DNA of 60,685 bases from an uncultured Erysipelotrichaceae bacterium (GCA_900317165.1 ONFU01000001.1:1-60685); one strand, 5' to 3'; counted from the first letter of the stretch, positions 9,458 to 18,869 are shown. The notes: generated from the letters alone by a model not told the origin. Translations and numbers: made by a program.

Positions 9458-11489
9458 CGCGGAGCTCCTTTCTTAAGCCCTTTCTCAAAGAGAAAAGAAT
9501 TGGCATGGACCCAGAGAAGAGGGCAATGAAAACGTTGATAGCCAAAAATAGCGCAAGGAAAACAGGGCCCGAAACAGATGGTCCAAAGGATGGAATATCA
9601 ATCAAATCTCCAATCCCGAAATAGTTTTGAAGAAGAAGGTTGAACAAAACTTTCAAGGGATAAAACAGGGCTATTGATAACAAACAATAGAGGATTGATG
9701 CGAGTCCAGATTCCAGCAAAAACGGGGTCATGACCTCGCTCTTTTTGGCTCCAAGCGAAAATAACAACGCCACTTCCTTTCGCCTTTTTAGGAACAAAGA
9801 TAGGAAGCTCATCGCGTTTATCCCTATTACCCCGAATAAAGAAATTGCAAAAAGCAGCCATAAGCACAAAGAGAAAGCTTCGGACAAGGAGGAAAAGCTA
9901 TCGAAAACCATGAAGGCGTTCGAGGAAATAACTATGTTATTTTCTTCTTTGATTTTGTTATAAACCAAATCCATCTCGTTAGGATCATGAAAGAATACCT
10001 TTTTGGAATTCTCATTGGCTAAGCCAAGTTCTAAGGCATCAAGCGCGTTTATTTTCTTCCCTAAATTCTCGGAATGGTTTTCTAGGATTGTCTTTCTAAG
10101 CTCATTTTCCACCAAGCCATATGGATAATAGACCTTAGGTGTATTCATATAAGAGAACTCACCGATTATGCCTTTTATGGCAAAACGGTAGTATATTTTG
10201 ACCTCATCGTGAATGAATCCGTTATCAAGAGGAACGGTCAGATCAACCACCACTTCTTTTCCTATTGGGGAAGGGTGAGATTTCGCAAAAACATCGTTAA
10301 CGTAGCAAATTCCTTGTTCTAAGCTTGCTTCTCCTTCAATCAAAAGGTTTTTGCCGTATTCCTCTAAAGACGAATCGTAAATAGATACGAACGAAACGTC
10401 TGAGTACTCTTCGTTATCAAAACCATAAAGTGGGGAAAGGGGAAAGAAAACCGAATAATCGGGATGAACACTATAATTAAGTGAACCAAGTCTATCGTTT
10501 ATTTCCTCGATTGTTGGGCGCTTTTCTCTTGATAAGGAAACGGGGGAATTCCCATAGTTGATAATCTCTTTCTTGGAGATATTCGCGCTAAGATATTCTA
10601 AAGTCTCCCCTCTTTTCCTTTGCATTGCTTCCTTTGAGCAAGTCAAATAACCAAAGCTAAGGAGGATTGATAAGCAACCAATTATTCCCGATAAGCCAGT
10701 TAGGATATTTCTTCTAAAATCTTCTTTAAGGTATTTGGCGAAGAACCTTAATACCCAAAAAGAGGAGGTACCTGTATTTGTTTTCTCTTCTTCAACGCCT
10801 TCCTCGGTCTTCAATTTTTCTTCGCTTACAAGCTTCCCGTCTTTTAAATGAAGAATTCTATCTGAATATGCTTCTACCAATTCTTTATTATGGCTAACCA
10901 TAATCACCAAAGCCGATTTCGAAGCGGAGGAAAGCATCTTCATAACCTCCTCTCCATTACGCGCGTCTAACGCCCCCGTAGGCTCATCCGCGAAGATGAT
11001 TCGCGGCTTCTTTATTAGGGCGCGGCATATTGCCACCCTTTGTTTTTCTCCTCCAGAAAGGGTCGCTACCTCCCTTCTAGCAAAGCCCTTTAAGCCAAAC
11101 CTTAAGAGGATTGTTTCGGCTTTCTTGATGGCTTTCTTTCGGCTATACCCTTTCATTAATAAAGGCAAGATCACGTTTTCCAAAACTGTTTCCTTATCGA
11201 ATAAACCGTAATGTTGGAAGATGAAGGAAGTCTCGTCGCGTAGAAATCTATTCTTTGCTTTATCGGGAAGAGCATTGATATCATCACCTTTGAAATAAAC
11301 CTTCCCCGCGGTCGGTTTTTCCATTAAGGAGAGAAGACATAATAAAGTGGATTTCCCTGAGCCTGATTTTCCTAAAATTGAAACAAGTCCCTTATTGGGA
11401 AAAGAATAGGTAAAGGAATTTAAAGCGAGGACTCCTTCAGTTTGTCCTCCGTAGGTTTTAGTTAGTTTTGAGCAAGATAGGGTTTTCAT
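9450..11489 (-). CDS. Fused ABC ATPase / FtsX-MacB-type permease with a ~260-aa loop
   Basis: GKSGSGKST, LSGGEKQRVAICRAL and IIFADEPTGALD motifs. It has the same architecture as its neighbour and overlaps it by 8 nt (ATGAATGA). Confidence 0.85.
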   Translation of the reverse strand: MKTLSCSKLTKTYGGQTEGVLALNSFTYSFPNKGLVSILGKSGSGKSTLLCLLSLMEKPTAGKVYFKGDDINALPDKAKNRFLRDETSFIFQHYGLFDKETVLENVILPLLMKGYSRKKAIKKAETILLRFGLKGFARREVATLSGGEKQRVAICRALIKKPRIIFADEPTGALDARNGEEVMKMLSSASKSALVIMVSHNKELVEAYSDRILHLKDGKLVSEEKLKTEEGVEEEKTNTGTSSFWVLRFFAKYLKEDFRRNILTGLSGIIGCLSILLSFGYLTCSKEAMQRKRGETLEYLSANISKKEIINYGNSPVSLSREKRPTIEEINDRLGSLNYSVHPDYSVFFPLSPLYGFDNEEYSDVSFVSIYDSSLEEYGKNLLIEGEASLEQGICYVNDVFAKSHPSPIGKEVVVDLTVPLDNGFIHDEVKIYYRFAIKGIIGEFSYMNTPKVYYPYGLVENELRKTILENHSENLGKKINALDALELGLANENSKKVFFHDPNEMDLVYNKIKEENNIVISSNAFMVFDSFSSLSEAFSLCLWLLFAISLFGVIGINAMSFLSLFLKRRKEVALLFSLGAKKSEVMTPFLLESGLASILYCLLSIALFYPLKVLFNLLLQNYFGIGDLIDIPSFGPSVSGPVFLALFLAINVFIALFSGSMPILFSLRKGLRKELRDE

Positions 11490-11544
11490 AAAGTGCCTCT
11501 ACTAACTAATAGTGGAAAAAACCGGAAATTGGCTCAAAAAAATG

Positions 11545-11590
11545 CAAAATAAAAACGGGGACTTTCGTTTATCGCTACATGTCCCCGTTA
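11545..11590 (-). terminator. Intrinsic terminator (bidirectional) after the DUF951 gene
   Basis: 9-bp stem aacggggac/gtccccgtt with T-runs on both sides. Confidence 0.7.
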
Positions 11591-11594
11591 TTTT

Positions 11595-11822
11595 TTATGA
11601 AATCTCTTCGTAATGGATGAGAGGTTTATCGTGCGAGCAGATGACCTTCTTTATCTTATGGTTGAAGGTGTCCCTATCTAGAAGAAGGATATTGCCGCAT
11701 CCTAGGCAAACGATTTTCACATCGGCGCCCAACCTAAGTATTTGGAAGCGATGTGATCTAGTAGAACAAGGATGTGGCTTCTTCATCTCTATTTCATCAT
11801 AGAGAGAATATTCGATTACCAA
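11595..11822 (-). CDS. DUF951 family protein (YyzM-like)
   Basis: EMKKPHPCSTRSHRFQILRLGADVKIVCLGCGNILLLDRDTFNHKIKK matches the DUF951 pattern. Confidence 0.75.
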   Translation of the reverse strand: MVIEYSLYDEIEMKKPHPCSTRSHRFQILRLGADVKIVCLGCGNILLLDRDTFNHKIKKVICSHDKPLIHYEEIS

Positions 11823-13432
11823 GGCATGTCCTCCATCTTGACCGCCGCTGGAACCTTGGGAAGGCCAGGCATCGTCATGACTTCGCCGGTAAGGCAGACA
11901 ACAAAATTGGCACCCGCGGAAAGATTAGCTTCCCTAACGGTGATCTTGAAGTCTTTTGGAGCGCCCAAGACCAATGGATCATCAGTCAAGGATTGCGGGG
12001 TCTTAGCCATGCAGATATAGGCATCTTCGAATCCGAGTTTTGCATATTCCTCAAGTTGCTTCTCCGCCTTTTCGGTATAGACGACTCCGCTAGCGCCATA
12101 GATATTCTTGGCGATCTTCTCGATTTTTTCCTTCAAAGGAGCTTTTAATGGGTAGAGAGGCTGATAATGCGATTCCTTCTCTTTGAGAAGCTTTTGCATC
12201 TTTTTGGCTAGGTCAATCGCGCCTTCTCCGCCTTTTAGGAAGCCATCGAGGAAGGAAACCTCATATCCCTTTTCATGGCACCACTTGGTGAGGAAAGCCA
12301 CTTCTTCTTCGGAATCATCCGCGAAATGGTTGATGGCAACGATGCAGGGGACGCCAAAATTGGAGATGGCCTTAAGGTGGGCCTCAAGGTTACAGACGCC
12401 ATTGGCAAGAGCATCGACATTGGGATTCTTCAAATCCTCGAAGGGCATGCCGCCATGCATCTTAAGCGCACGGATGGTCGCGACCATAACGACGGCATCG
12501 GGTTTGAAGCCGGCTTCGCGGCATTTGATATCAAGGAATTTCTCCGCGCCGAGGTCACTGCCGAAGCCGGCTTCCGTGACAACGATTGGAGCAAGTTTAA
12601 GGGCCAATTTGGTGGCGATGATCGAATTGCAGCCATGGGCGATATTCGCAAAGGGGCCACCATGGACCAAACATGGATTGTTCTCTAAGGTCTGAACGAG
12701 GTTTGGCTTGAGGGCTTCCCTCATGAGTTTCATGATCGCGTGGGTGATACGGAGATCTTCCACCCTGACCGGTTTGCCTTCGTATGTATAAGCCACGATG
12801 ATGTTGCAAAGGCGTTTACGGAAATCCTCCGCGTCTTTGGCTAAGCACATAATGGCCATCATCTCGGATGCGACGGTGATAAGGAAACTATCTTCCCTTG
12901 GGGCGACTTTCTTATCGGATTCGGAAACATGGACTTTGCGAAGGGCCCTATCGTTCATGTCCATCGCGCGTTTCCAGACGACTCTAGAAGGATCGATTCC
13001 TAGTTCGTTGCCTTGCCAAATATGGTTATCGATAACCGCGGAGATAAGGTTTATTGAACTGGTTAACGCATGCATGTCCCCCGTAAAATGAAGGTTGATT
13101 TCTTCCGCTGGAGCAATGGAAGCAAGGCCTCCGCCAGTCGCTCCGCCCTTGACTCCAAACACTGGACCAAGGGAAGGTTCGCGCAAGCAAAGCATGGCTT
13201 TTTGACCGATTTTGCCAAAGCCTTCCGCTAGACCGATAGAAGTCGTGGTTTTGCCTTCGCCAGCTTTGGTTGGGGTGATCGCGGTCACCAAAACCAATTT
13301 GCCGTTTGGCCTATCTTTCAAAGTTTCCATAATTGATAAATCGATCTTGGCCTTATATTTTCCATAAGGCTCGAGGTATTCTTCATCAATACCAGCGATT
13401 TTGGCGATTTCGTTGATTTTCGCTAATGCCAT
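11816..13432 (-). CDS. fhs: Formate--tetrahydrofolate ligase
   Basis: TPTKAGEGKTTTSIGL P-loop and full-length FTHFS homology pattern. The start is set at ATG 13432 (AAAGGAGG + 8 nt); the ORF-track GTG at 13441 overlaps the SD. Confidence 0.95.
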   Translation of the reverse strand: MALAKINEIAKIAGIDEEYLEPYGKYKAKIDLSIMETLKDRPNGKLVLVTAITPTKAGEGKTTTSIGLAEGFGKIGQKAMLCLREPSLGPVFGVKGGATGGGLASIAPAEEINLHFTGDMHALTSSINLISAVIDNHIWQGNELGIDPSRVVWKRAMDMNDRALRKVHVSESDKKVAPREDSFLITVASEMMAIMCLAKDAEDFRKRLCNIIVAYTYEGKPVRVEDLRITHAIMKLMREALKPNLVQTLENNPCLVHGGPFANIAHGCNSIIATKLALKLAPIVVTEAGFGSDLGAEKFLDIKCREAGFKPDAVVMVATIRALKMHGGMPFEDLKNPNVDALANGVCNLEAHLKAISNFGVPCIVAINHFADDSEEEVAFLTKWCHEKGYEVSFLDGFLKGGEGAIDLAKKMQKLLKEKESHYQPLYPLKAPLKEKIEKIAKNIYGASGVVYTEKAEKQLEEYAKLGFEDAYICMAKTPQSLTDDPLVLGAPKDFKITVREANLSAGANFVVCLTGEVMTMPGLPKVPAAVKMEDMPW

Positions 13433-13559
13433 ATCAGGCACCTCCTTTTATCTTGGGATTCTTTATACAATAAAGAAATCCTAATGTTTTCGTTTCCCCT
13501 AATGGGCTTGGAAAAGTTTATCAAAAAACCATTCCGAATTATAGGGCAAAACGATTAAT

Positions 13560-14429
13560 TTATCGTTTTATTAACGCGAGTATATCCTCAAGGTTGGAAA
13601 CGGGCTTGAGGTCGAATTGATGGGCGAAGAAAGTAAGCTGCCTCTTAACGTAATTACGGGTGTTTTTCTTTATGAGTTCCTTGGTCTCCTCTAAGGTTGC
13701 TCTTCCTTCGAAATAAGGGATTGTTTCTTTCACCCCAATTGCCTGGAAGGCATGTGGCGAGGTTCCATATTTTTCAAATAGGGCTTTATTTTCATCAAGT
13801 AAGCCCATCTCAAACATTCTTTCCACCCTCTCGTTGCATGAAGCGTAGACATCTTCCCTTTCTTTGGTTAATCCAAGGAAAAGGCAATGATAAATTGGTG
13901 CATGGGTCTGTTCTTTTTCGATTTCTGACTTCTTCCTTCCGCTTGATAGGCAAATCTCAATGGCCCTAAGGACCCTTCTCCTATTATGGGGATGGGTTTT
14001 CTTCGCGGATTCTTCGTCCATAGAAAGCAAAACCTTATATAGTTCGTCGTCATCCATCGATTGATAGGAAGAAAGATCGACTTTCCTTTCCTCGACGAAT
14101 TCATAATCGTAAAGGGCGCTTCTAATATATAGGCCAGTCCCGCCTGCAATTATCAGATGAGGATATTTGGAAGAAAGTTCCTCAATGGTCCTTCTCGCGT
14201 CTTTTTGATATGAAGGGGCGTCATAATCTTGGGTTAATGGAAGGAAATCGAAAAGGTAATGCGGGACTTCCGCCATTTGGGATGGGGTCGGCTTTGCCGT
14301 AGCGATATTCAGTTCCTTATAAACCTGGAAGGCGTCCGCGTTGATAATCGCGGCCCCTAATGTCTTCGCCAAGGAAATCGCAAGGTCGCTTTTCCCGCTT
14401 CCCGTAGGTCCAGTCAAGACGATGATCAA
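13560..14429 (-). CDS. miaA: tRNA dimethylallyltransferase
   Basis: MIIVLTGPTGSGKSDLAI P-loop; 289 aa. The ATGA overlaps the miaB stop. Confidence 0.93.
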   Translation of the reverse strand: MIIVLTGPTGSGKSDLAISLAKTLGAAIINADAFQVYKELNIATAKPTPSQMAEVPHYLFDFLPLTQDYDAPSYQKDARRTIEELSSKYPHLIIAGGTGLYIRSALYDYEFVEERKVDLSSYQSMDDDELYKVLLSMDEESAKKTHPHNRRRVLRAIEICLSSGRKKSEIEKEQTHAPIYHCLFLGLTKEREDVYASCNERVERMFEMGLLDENKALFEKYGTSPHAFQAIGVKETIPYFEGRATLEETKELIKKNTRNYVKRQLTFFAHQFDLKPVSNLEDILALIKR

Positions 14430-16174
14430 GAGAGTATACCCTCCACTTCAAGAAGCAATGGCTCAAGTTCATCGGTCGCGGAATTAAGATTGATAACGAC
14501 TGGATGGTTAAGGTATTTTTCCATCAATTCGTCATATTCCTTCTTGGCTTTCAAGGCTTCTTGGTTATCTTCTTTCGCGGCGAGTTTCACCATTTCGCGT
14601 TGCTTGTTTTCTATTTCTGTAAGAAGGGCTTTGATTGATTCATCGTTATCGAAGTCCTCTTTGTATTTCTTATAACGAATGACCGCGTCCTCCTTTTCAA
14701 GAAGTTTCGCGGCATGGGAAGCCAAAACAAGAATCGGGTCATCGAGAAGGCGTCCCATCATCGAGAAGGCATGGCTTTCAAGGATTTCAACCTTAACCAT
14801 TTTGCCTTTGAGGTAGCTTGGTCCGTTGAAATGGACGAGTTTACCATTCTCGGTATAGCCAGATAGGACATCCTTATCCTTTTTGGAAGGCCCATCCACC
14901 AAAACCTGATATGTTTTCCCAATCATCTGATCGGCGTGATAAACCACTCCCGCCTCGATGACTTTCAATAATTCGTCAAAACGGCGATGCTTGGTCGCAT
15001 CATCGACGTTATCGACCATCCTGGCCGCGGGAGTCCCATTTCTTGGGGAATAAATGAAGGTGAACGCAGCATCGTATTTGACGATTTCGCAAAGGGAAAG
15101 CGTATCTTGGAATTCCTCTTCGGTTTCATTGGGGAAGCCAACGATGATATCGGTAGTGATAGCAACATCGGGCATGGCTTTCCTTATTCTTTCCACCAAA
15201 GAAAGGTATTCTTCCCTGCTATATCTTCTTCCCATCCTCCTAAGCATTGAGGTTGAACCGGATTGGACAGGAAGGTGGATGCACTTCATGATGTTAGGGT
15301 ATTTAGCGATAACCTCAATCATGTCATCGTTGAAATCCCAGGGGTGGCTGGTCATAAAACGAAGACGGGGTATCCCTAATTTGGCAACTTCCTCTAGGAT
15401 AGTCGCAAAGGAGGTGCCATCGTGGAAGTCCTTGCCATAAGAATTTACGTTTTGGCCCAAAAGGGTGATTTCCTGATACCCTTCCTTAACTAATTCGCGA
15501 CATTCCGCGATTATGTCTTCCTTTGCCCTCGAACGTTCGCGGCCACGGGTATAAGGAACGATGCAATATGTGCAGAATTTGTCGCAACCATAGGTGATGT
15601 TAACGAAGGCCTTGTATTTATCTAGCCTCGTCGAAGGGAGGTTCTCAATGATGTCCCCTTGGAAGGAAAAGATATCGACGATGTCCTTCTTCCTTTCGAT
15701 CTTCTCTTCGAGCAGATCAAGGATCTTATGGACGTTATGGGTTCCGAAAATCAATTTGACATAGGGATAGCTTCCCATGATTTTCTTAGCCATGCCTTCT
15801 TCTTGCATCATGCAACCGCAGATTGCGAGGATGAAGTCCTTGTTTTTGGAGGCAATAGCCTTATAACGGCCTATTTCCCCATATACCTTCTCTTCGGCAT
15901 TCTCCCTAACGGCGCAGGTATTGAGGATAACCAAATCGGCTTTGGTGGATTCGTTTTCCTTCTTGAATCCCGCCAGTTCAAGATAACCCGAAAGGATCTC
16001 CTCGTCCCTAACGTTAGCTTGGCAACCGAAGGTTACTATCGAATACGTTTTTCCTTTAGCGAATTCCTTGATGGTATTGGAAAGGCGGATATCCTCTTTG
16101 ATCGTCAAGGGTTTTTCCTTGCGGTCACGGGCTTTTTTCATATCCGGCAAAGACTTATAAACGACTCGGCCCAT
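14426..16174 (-). CDS. miaB: tRNA-i6A37 methylthiotransferase MiaB with a C-terminal YlbF/YmcA (RicA)-like extension
   Basis: UPF0004 N-domain (FGCQANVRDEE), radical SAM CDKFCTYCIVP and a TRAM-like region. An extra ~100-aa helical tail resembling YmcA follows. AAAGGAG lies 7 nt upstream. Confidence 0.88.
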   Translation of the reverse strand: MGRVVYKSLPDMKKARDRKEKPLTIKEDIRLSNTIKEFAKGKTYSIVTFGCQANVRDEEILSGYLELAGFKKENESTKADLVILNTCAVRENAEEKVYGEIGRYKAIASKNKDFILAICGCMMQEEGMAKKIMGSYPYVKLIFGTHNVHKILDLLEEKIERKKDIVDIFSFQGDIIENLPSTRLDKYKAFVNITYGCDKFCTYCIVPYTRGRERSRAKEDIIAECRELVKEGYQEITLLGQNVNSYGKDFHDGTSFATILEEVAKLGIPRLRFMTSHPWDFNDDMIEVIAKYPNIMKCIHLPVQSGSTSMLRRMGRRYSREEYLSLVERIRKAMPDVAITTDIIVGFPNETEEEFQDTLSLCEIVKYDAAFTFIYSPRNGTPAARMVDNVDDATKHRRFDELLKVIEAGVVYHADQMIGKTYQVLVDGPSKKDKDVLSGYTENGKLVHFNGPSYLKGKMVKVEILESHAFSMMGRLLDDPILVLASHAAKLLEKEDAVIRYKKYKEDFDNDESIKALLTEIENKQREMVKLAAKEDNQEALKAKKEYDELMEKYLNHPVVINLNSATDELEPLLLEVEGILS

Positions 16175-16958
16175 AATCTAACTCCTTTCCGTCCAAATAA
16201 CATATCGGCTCATAACCCACTACTTTTTCGCTTTCTTCATCGATATCGAGGATCGTTCCATAGACGACCCTTCGGCCGCTTTCTGGAACCTCGATCCTGC
16301 CGAGGTCCTTAACAAACCTATCGATAACCGAACCAACGTCAAACCCAAGCACGGCGTCATAGGCTCCGCAATAGCCGGCGTCGCATTGGAGGAAGGTGCC
16401 TTTTGGAAGAAGGCGCCAATCCGCGGTAGGAACATGGGTATGGGTGCCAATTGAAGCGCTGATAAGGCCATCGAAATAATTGGCGAACCATTGCTTTTCC
16501 GAAGTGGCTTCACCATGGAAATCAACGATATGTATCCCCTCTTTTACGTTTTTGAGGAAGCCTTCGAAGTATGAAACCGGGTTTTCGACGCTTTCGGTCA
16601 TGAAGACCGCACCAAGAATATTGGTGACTCGGATTTTATGGCCTTTGCATTCAAAGACCTTGGACCCTTCCCCTTTTCCGTAATGGAGGAGATTCAAAGG
16701 CCTAATCAGTTTGTCCGCGTAATTGATATAGCGGTCTATCGCTTCTTTTGACCTATAGTGGTTACCTAAGGTAATGACATCGGCAAAGGAAGCGATTCTT
16801 TCATAATCATCATGGGTCAACCCTTTGCCCCTAGAGGCGTTTTCCCCGTTGACGATAACGAAATCAACCCCCTTCTCCTGCCTTATTAGGGGCAAAAAAT
16901 CGGAAGCAGCGGAAATACCGATGCTCCCGACTAAATCTCCGAGAAAGAGGATCCTCAT
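16155..16958 (-). CDS. ymdB: YmdB-family metallophosphoesterase (2',3'-cyclic-nucleotide 2'-phosphodiesterase)
   Basis: MRILFLGDLVG...VIVNGENASRGKGLT is near-identical in pattern to B. subtilis YmdB. The start is set at ATG 16958. Confidence 0.9.
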   Translation of the reverse strand: MRILFLGDLVGSIGISAASDFLPLIRQEKGVDFVIVNGENASRGKGLTHDDYERIASFADVITLGNHYRSKEAIDRYINYADKLIRPLNLLHYGKGEGSKVFECKGHKIRVTNILGAVFMTESVENPVSYFEGFLKNVKEGIHIVDFHGEATSEKQWFANYFDGLISASIGTHTHVPTADWRLLPKGTFLQCDAGYCGAYDAVLGFDVGSVIDRFVKDLGRIEVPESGRRVVYGTILDIDEESEKVVGYEPICYLDGKELDYGPSRL

Positions 16959-16963
16959 TTTCC

Positions 16964-18541
16964 TCACTTCGCGATCTTTTCCGCGCGGAATTCACGGATG
17001 ACCGCAATATGGATTTGACCTGGATAGGTGAGTTCTTCCTCGATCTTGTCCTTTAACTGCTGGGAAAGTAAGACGGCGTCTGCATCACCCATCTTGGACG
17101 ATTCGACCATAACGCGGAGTTCGCGTCCGGCTTGGACGGCATAGGCTTTCTCAACGCCATCGAAGCTCTTGGCAAGCGTTTCGAGAGATTCGATGCGTTT
17201 GACATAGGTTTCCATAGTCTCGCTTCTAGCGCCAGGACGGGCGGCGGAAAGAGCGTCAGCTGCTCCGACAAGGTGGGAGATGACGAACCTCGCGGGTTTA
17301 TCGCCATGGTGGGATTCAATCGCGTTGAGGACGACTTCGTTCTCACCGTATTTCTTGGCGATTTGGGCACCGAGTTCAACGTGGCTGCCTTCCATTTCGA
17401 AGTCGACGGATTTACCGATATCGTGGAGAAGGCCGGCGCGTCTAGCAAGGTTGACGTCAAGGCCGAGCTCACCAGCCATAACGCCGGTTAGATAAGCGAC
17501 TTCCATGCTGTGCTCGAGTTGGTTCTGACCATAGGAGGTACGGTAATGGAGGCGACCGATGTAGTTGCAAAGTTCTTTGTTGATGCGTGGCAAGCCGAGT
17601 TTGAAGCAGGCGTCCTCACCGTATTTCTGGGTGGATTCGGCGACTTCCTTACGGCATTTGGCGACGACTTCCTCGATACGACCAGGTTGGATACGACCAT
17701 CGCGAACGAGGTATTCGAGGGCACGCCTTGCGATTTCGCGGCGGATTGGGTCGAAGCAAGAGACGGTGATGACCTCTGGGGTATCGTCGATAACGAGGTC
17801 GACCCCAAGTTCGGATTCGAGGACTTTGATGTTACGTCCTTCGCGTCCGATTATGCGTCCCTTCATTTCATCGGAAGGAATCGCAACGACGGAGACGGTG
17901 CGTTCGGTGGCAACGTCTTGAGCGTATTTTTGGCAGGCGAGAGTCAATAAATCGATGGCTTTGGCCTTTGCGGTATCGCGGGCTTCCTCTTCGGCGTTTT
18001 TGATGTATTGGGCGATTTCCATCGACATCTTGGATTCGACCCTGGCCATGATTTCGTCATGGGCTTCTTGGGTGGACATCCCAGCGACTTTCTCAAGTTC
18101 AACGAGGATGGCGTCGATTTTCTCATTCAATTCTTCCTGTCTCTTCTTATAGGCGGCGATGGAGGAATCGAGGGTCTCGGACTTCTTCTCGAGGTTGTTT
18201 TCCTTTTCGACGAGGGCGGCGTCACGGGCATCAATCGCATTAATCCTCAAATTGAGTTTTTGCTCCTCAAGGGCGATCTCGTTTTTGCGTTCGCGGGCAT
18301 TGTTCTCGGCTTCCTGTTTGGCTTCGAACAAGGCTTGCTTAGCCTCCAAACGAGCGTCTTTGACGATGACTTCGGCTTTGATTTTCGCGTCATGGATGAT
18401 TCCATCGGCTTCCTTTCCTGCTTTGGATTTGGAATTCTTCCTAAGTAAGAAGAAAACGAGGATTGTTAGGCCGATAGCAGCCACGACGGCACCGGCGAGG
18501 ATGCCAATCCAGGCGCCGGTATCCAGAAATAGTGCAAACAT
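16964..18541 (-). CDS. rny: Ribonuclease Y
   Basis: N-terminal TM, coiled coil, KH domain (GRIIGREGRNIK) and HD domain (LLHDIGK). The start is set at ATG 18541 (AAGGAG 10 nt upstream); the ORF-track start at 18568 lacks an SD. Confidence 0.92.
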   Translation of the reverse strand: MFALFLDTGAWIGILAGAVVAAIGLTILVFFLLRKNSKSKAGKEADGIIHDAKIKAEVIVKDARLEAKQALFEAKQEAENNARERKNEIALEEQKLNLRINAIDARDAALVEKENNLEKKSETLDSSIAAYKKRQEELNEKIDAILVELEKVAGMSTQEAHDEIMARVESKMSMEIAQYIKNAEEEARDTAKAKAIDLLTLACQKYAQDVATERTVSVVAIPSDEMKGRIIGREGRNIKVLESELGVDLVIDDTPEVITVSCFDPIRREIARRALEYLVRDGRIQPGRIEEVVAKCRKEVAESTQKYGEDACFKLGLPRINKELCNYIGRLHYRTSYGQNQLEHSMEVAYLTGVMAGELGLDVNLARRAGLLHDIGKSVDFEMEGSHVELGAQIAKKYGENEVVLNAIESHHGDKPARFVISHLVGAADALSAARPGARSETMETYVKRIESLETLAKSFDGVEKAYAVQAGRELRVMVESSKMGDADAVLLSQQLKDKIEEELTYPGQIHIAVIREFRAEKIAK

Positions 18542-18829
18542 ATTTATGAAACTCCTTATAATCTGCATTCACCAAAAAGCGCGCGGTCCCTTCCTGCGCT
18601 TTAGGAAAAAGCTGGGTAAGTTTTCATTTTCGTCACGTCCGAAGACGTTAGTTTATTGAGAATTCCCCTGAAGGGACACCGTTTTGGTTCGCCTAATTCT
18701 AACAAATACCACGCGCATATAACAGGCGGAATTTCCCCAAAAACGTTTTTTGAAGCTTAAAACAAGCGAAAACTGATACATGCACTCCACGAAATTATTT
18801 TTTTGATGCAGAAAGATTTTAGGAATAAG

Positions 18830-18869
18830 AGCAAAGAAAAAGAGGCAGGTTGAAGTTCTTTCCTGCCTC
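18830..18869 (-). terminator. Intrinsic terminator after recA
   Basis: 8-bp stem gaggcagg/cctgcctc followed on the minus strand by TTTTTCTTT. Confidence 0.75.

Noticed and set aside
12183-12695. Long antisense ORFs inside conserved genes. Examples: 12183-12695, 15659-16312, 17510-17950, 18008-18659, 18850-19422, 26921-27424, 32400-32903, 38820-39710, 40516-41124, 51215-51811, 55403-55939, 57702-58259
   Set aside because: Each lies opposite a gene with clear family motifs. Their translations are low-complexity (G/D/F/V-rich). Such shadow ORFs are expected opposite GC3-rich coding sequence.
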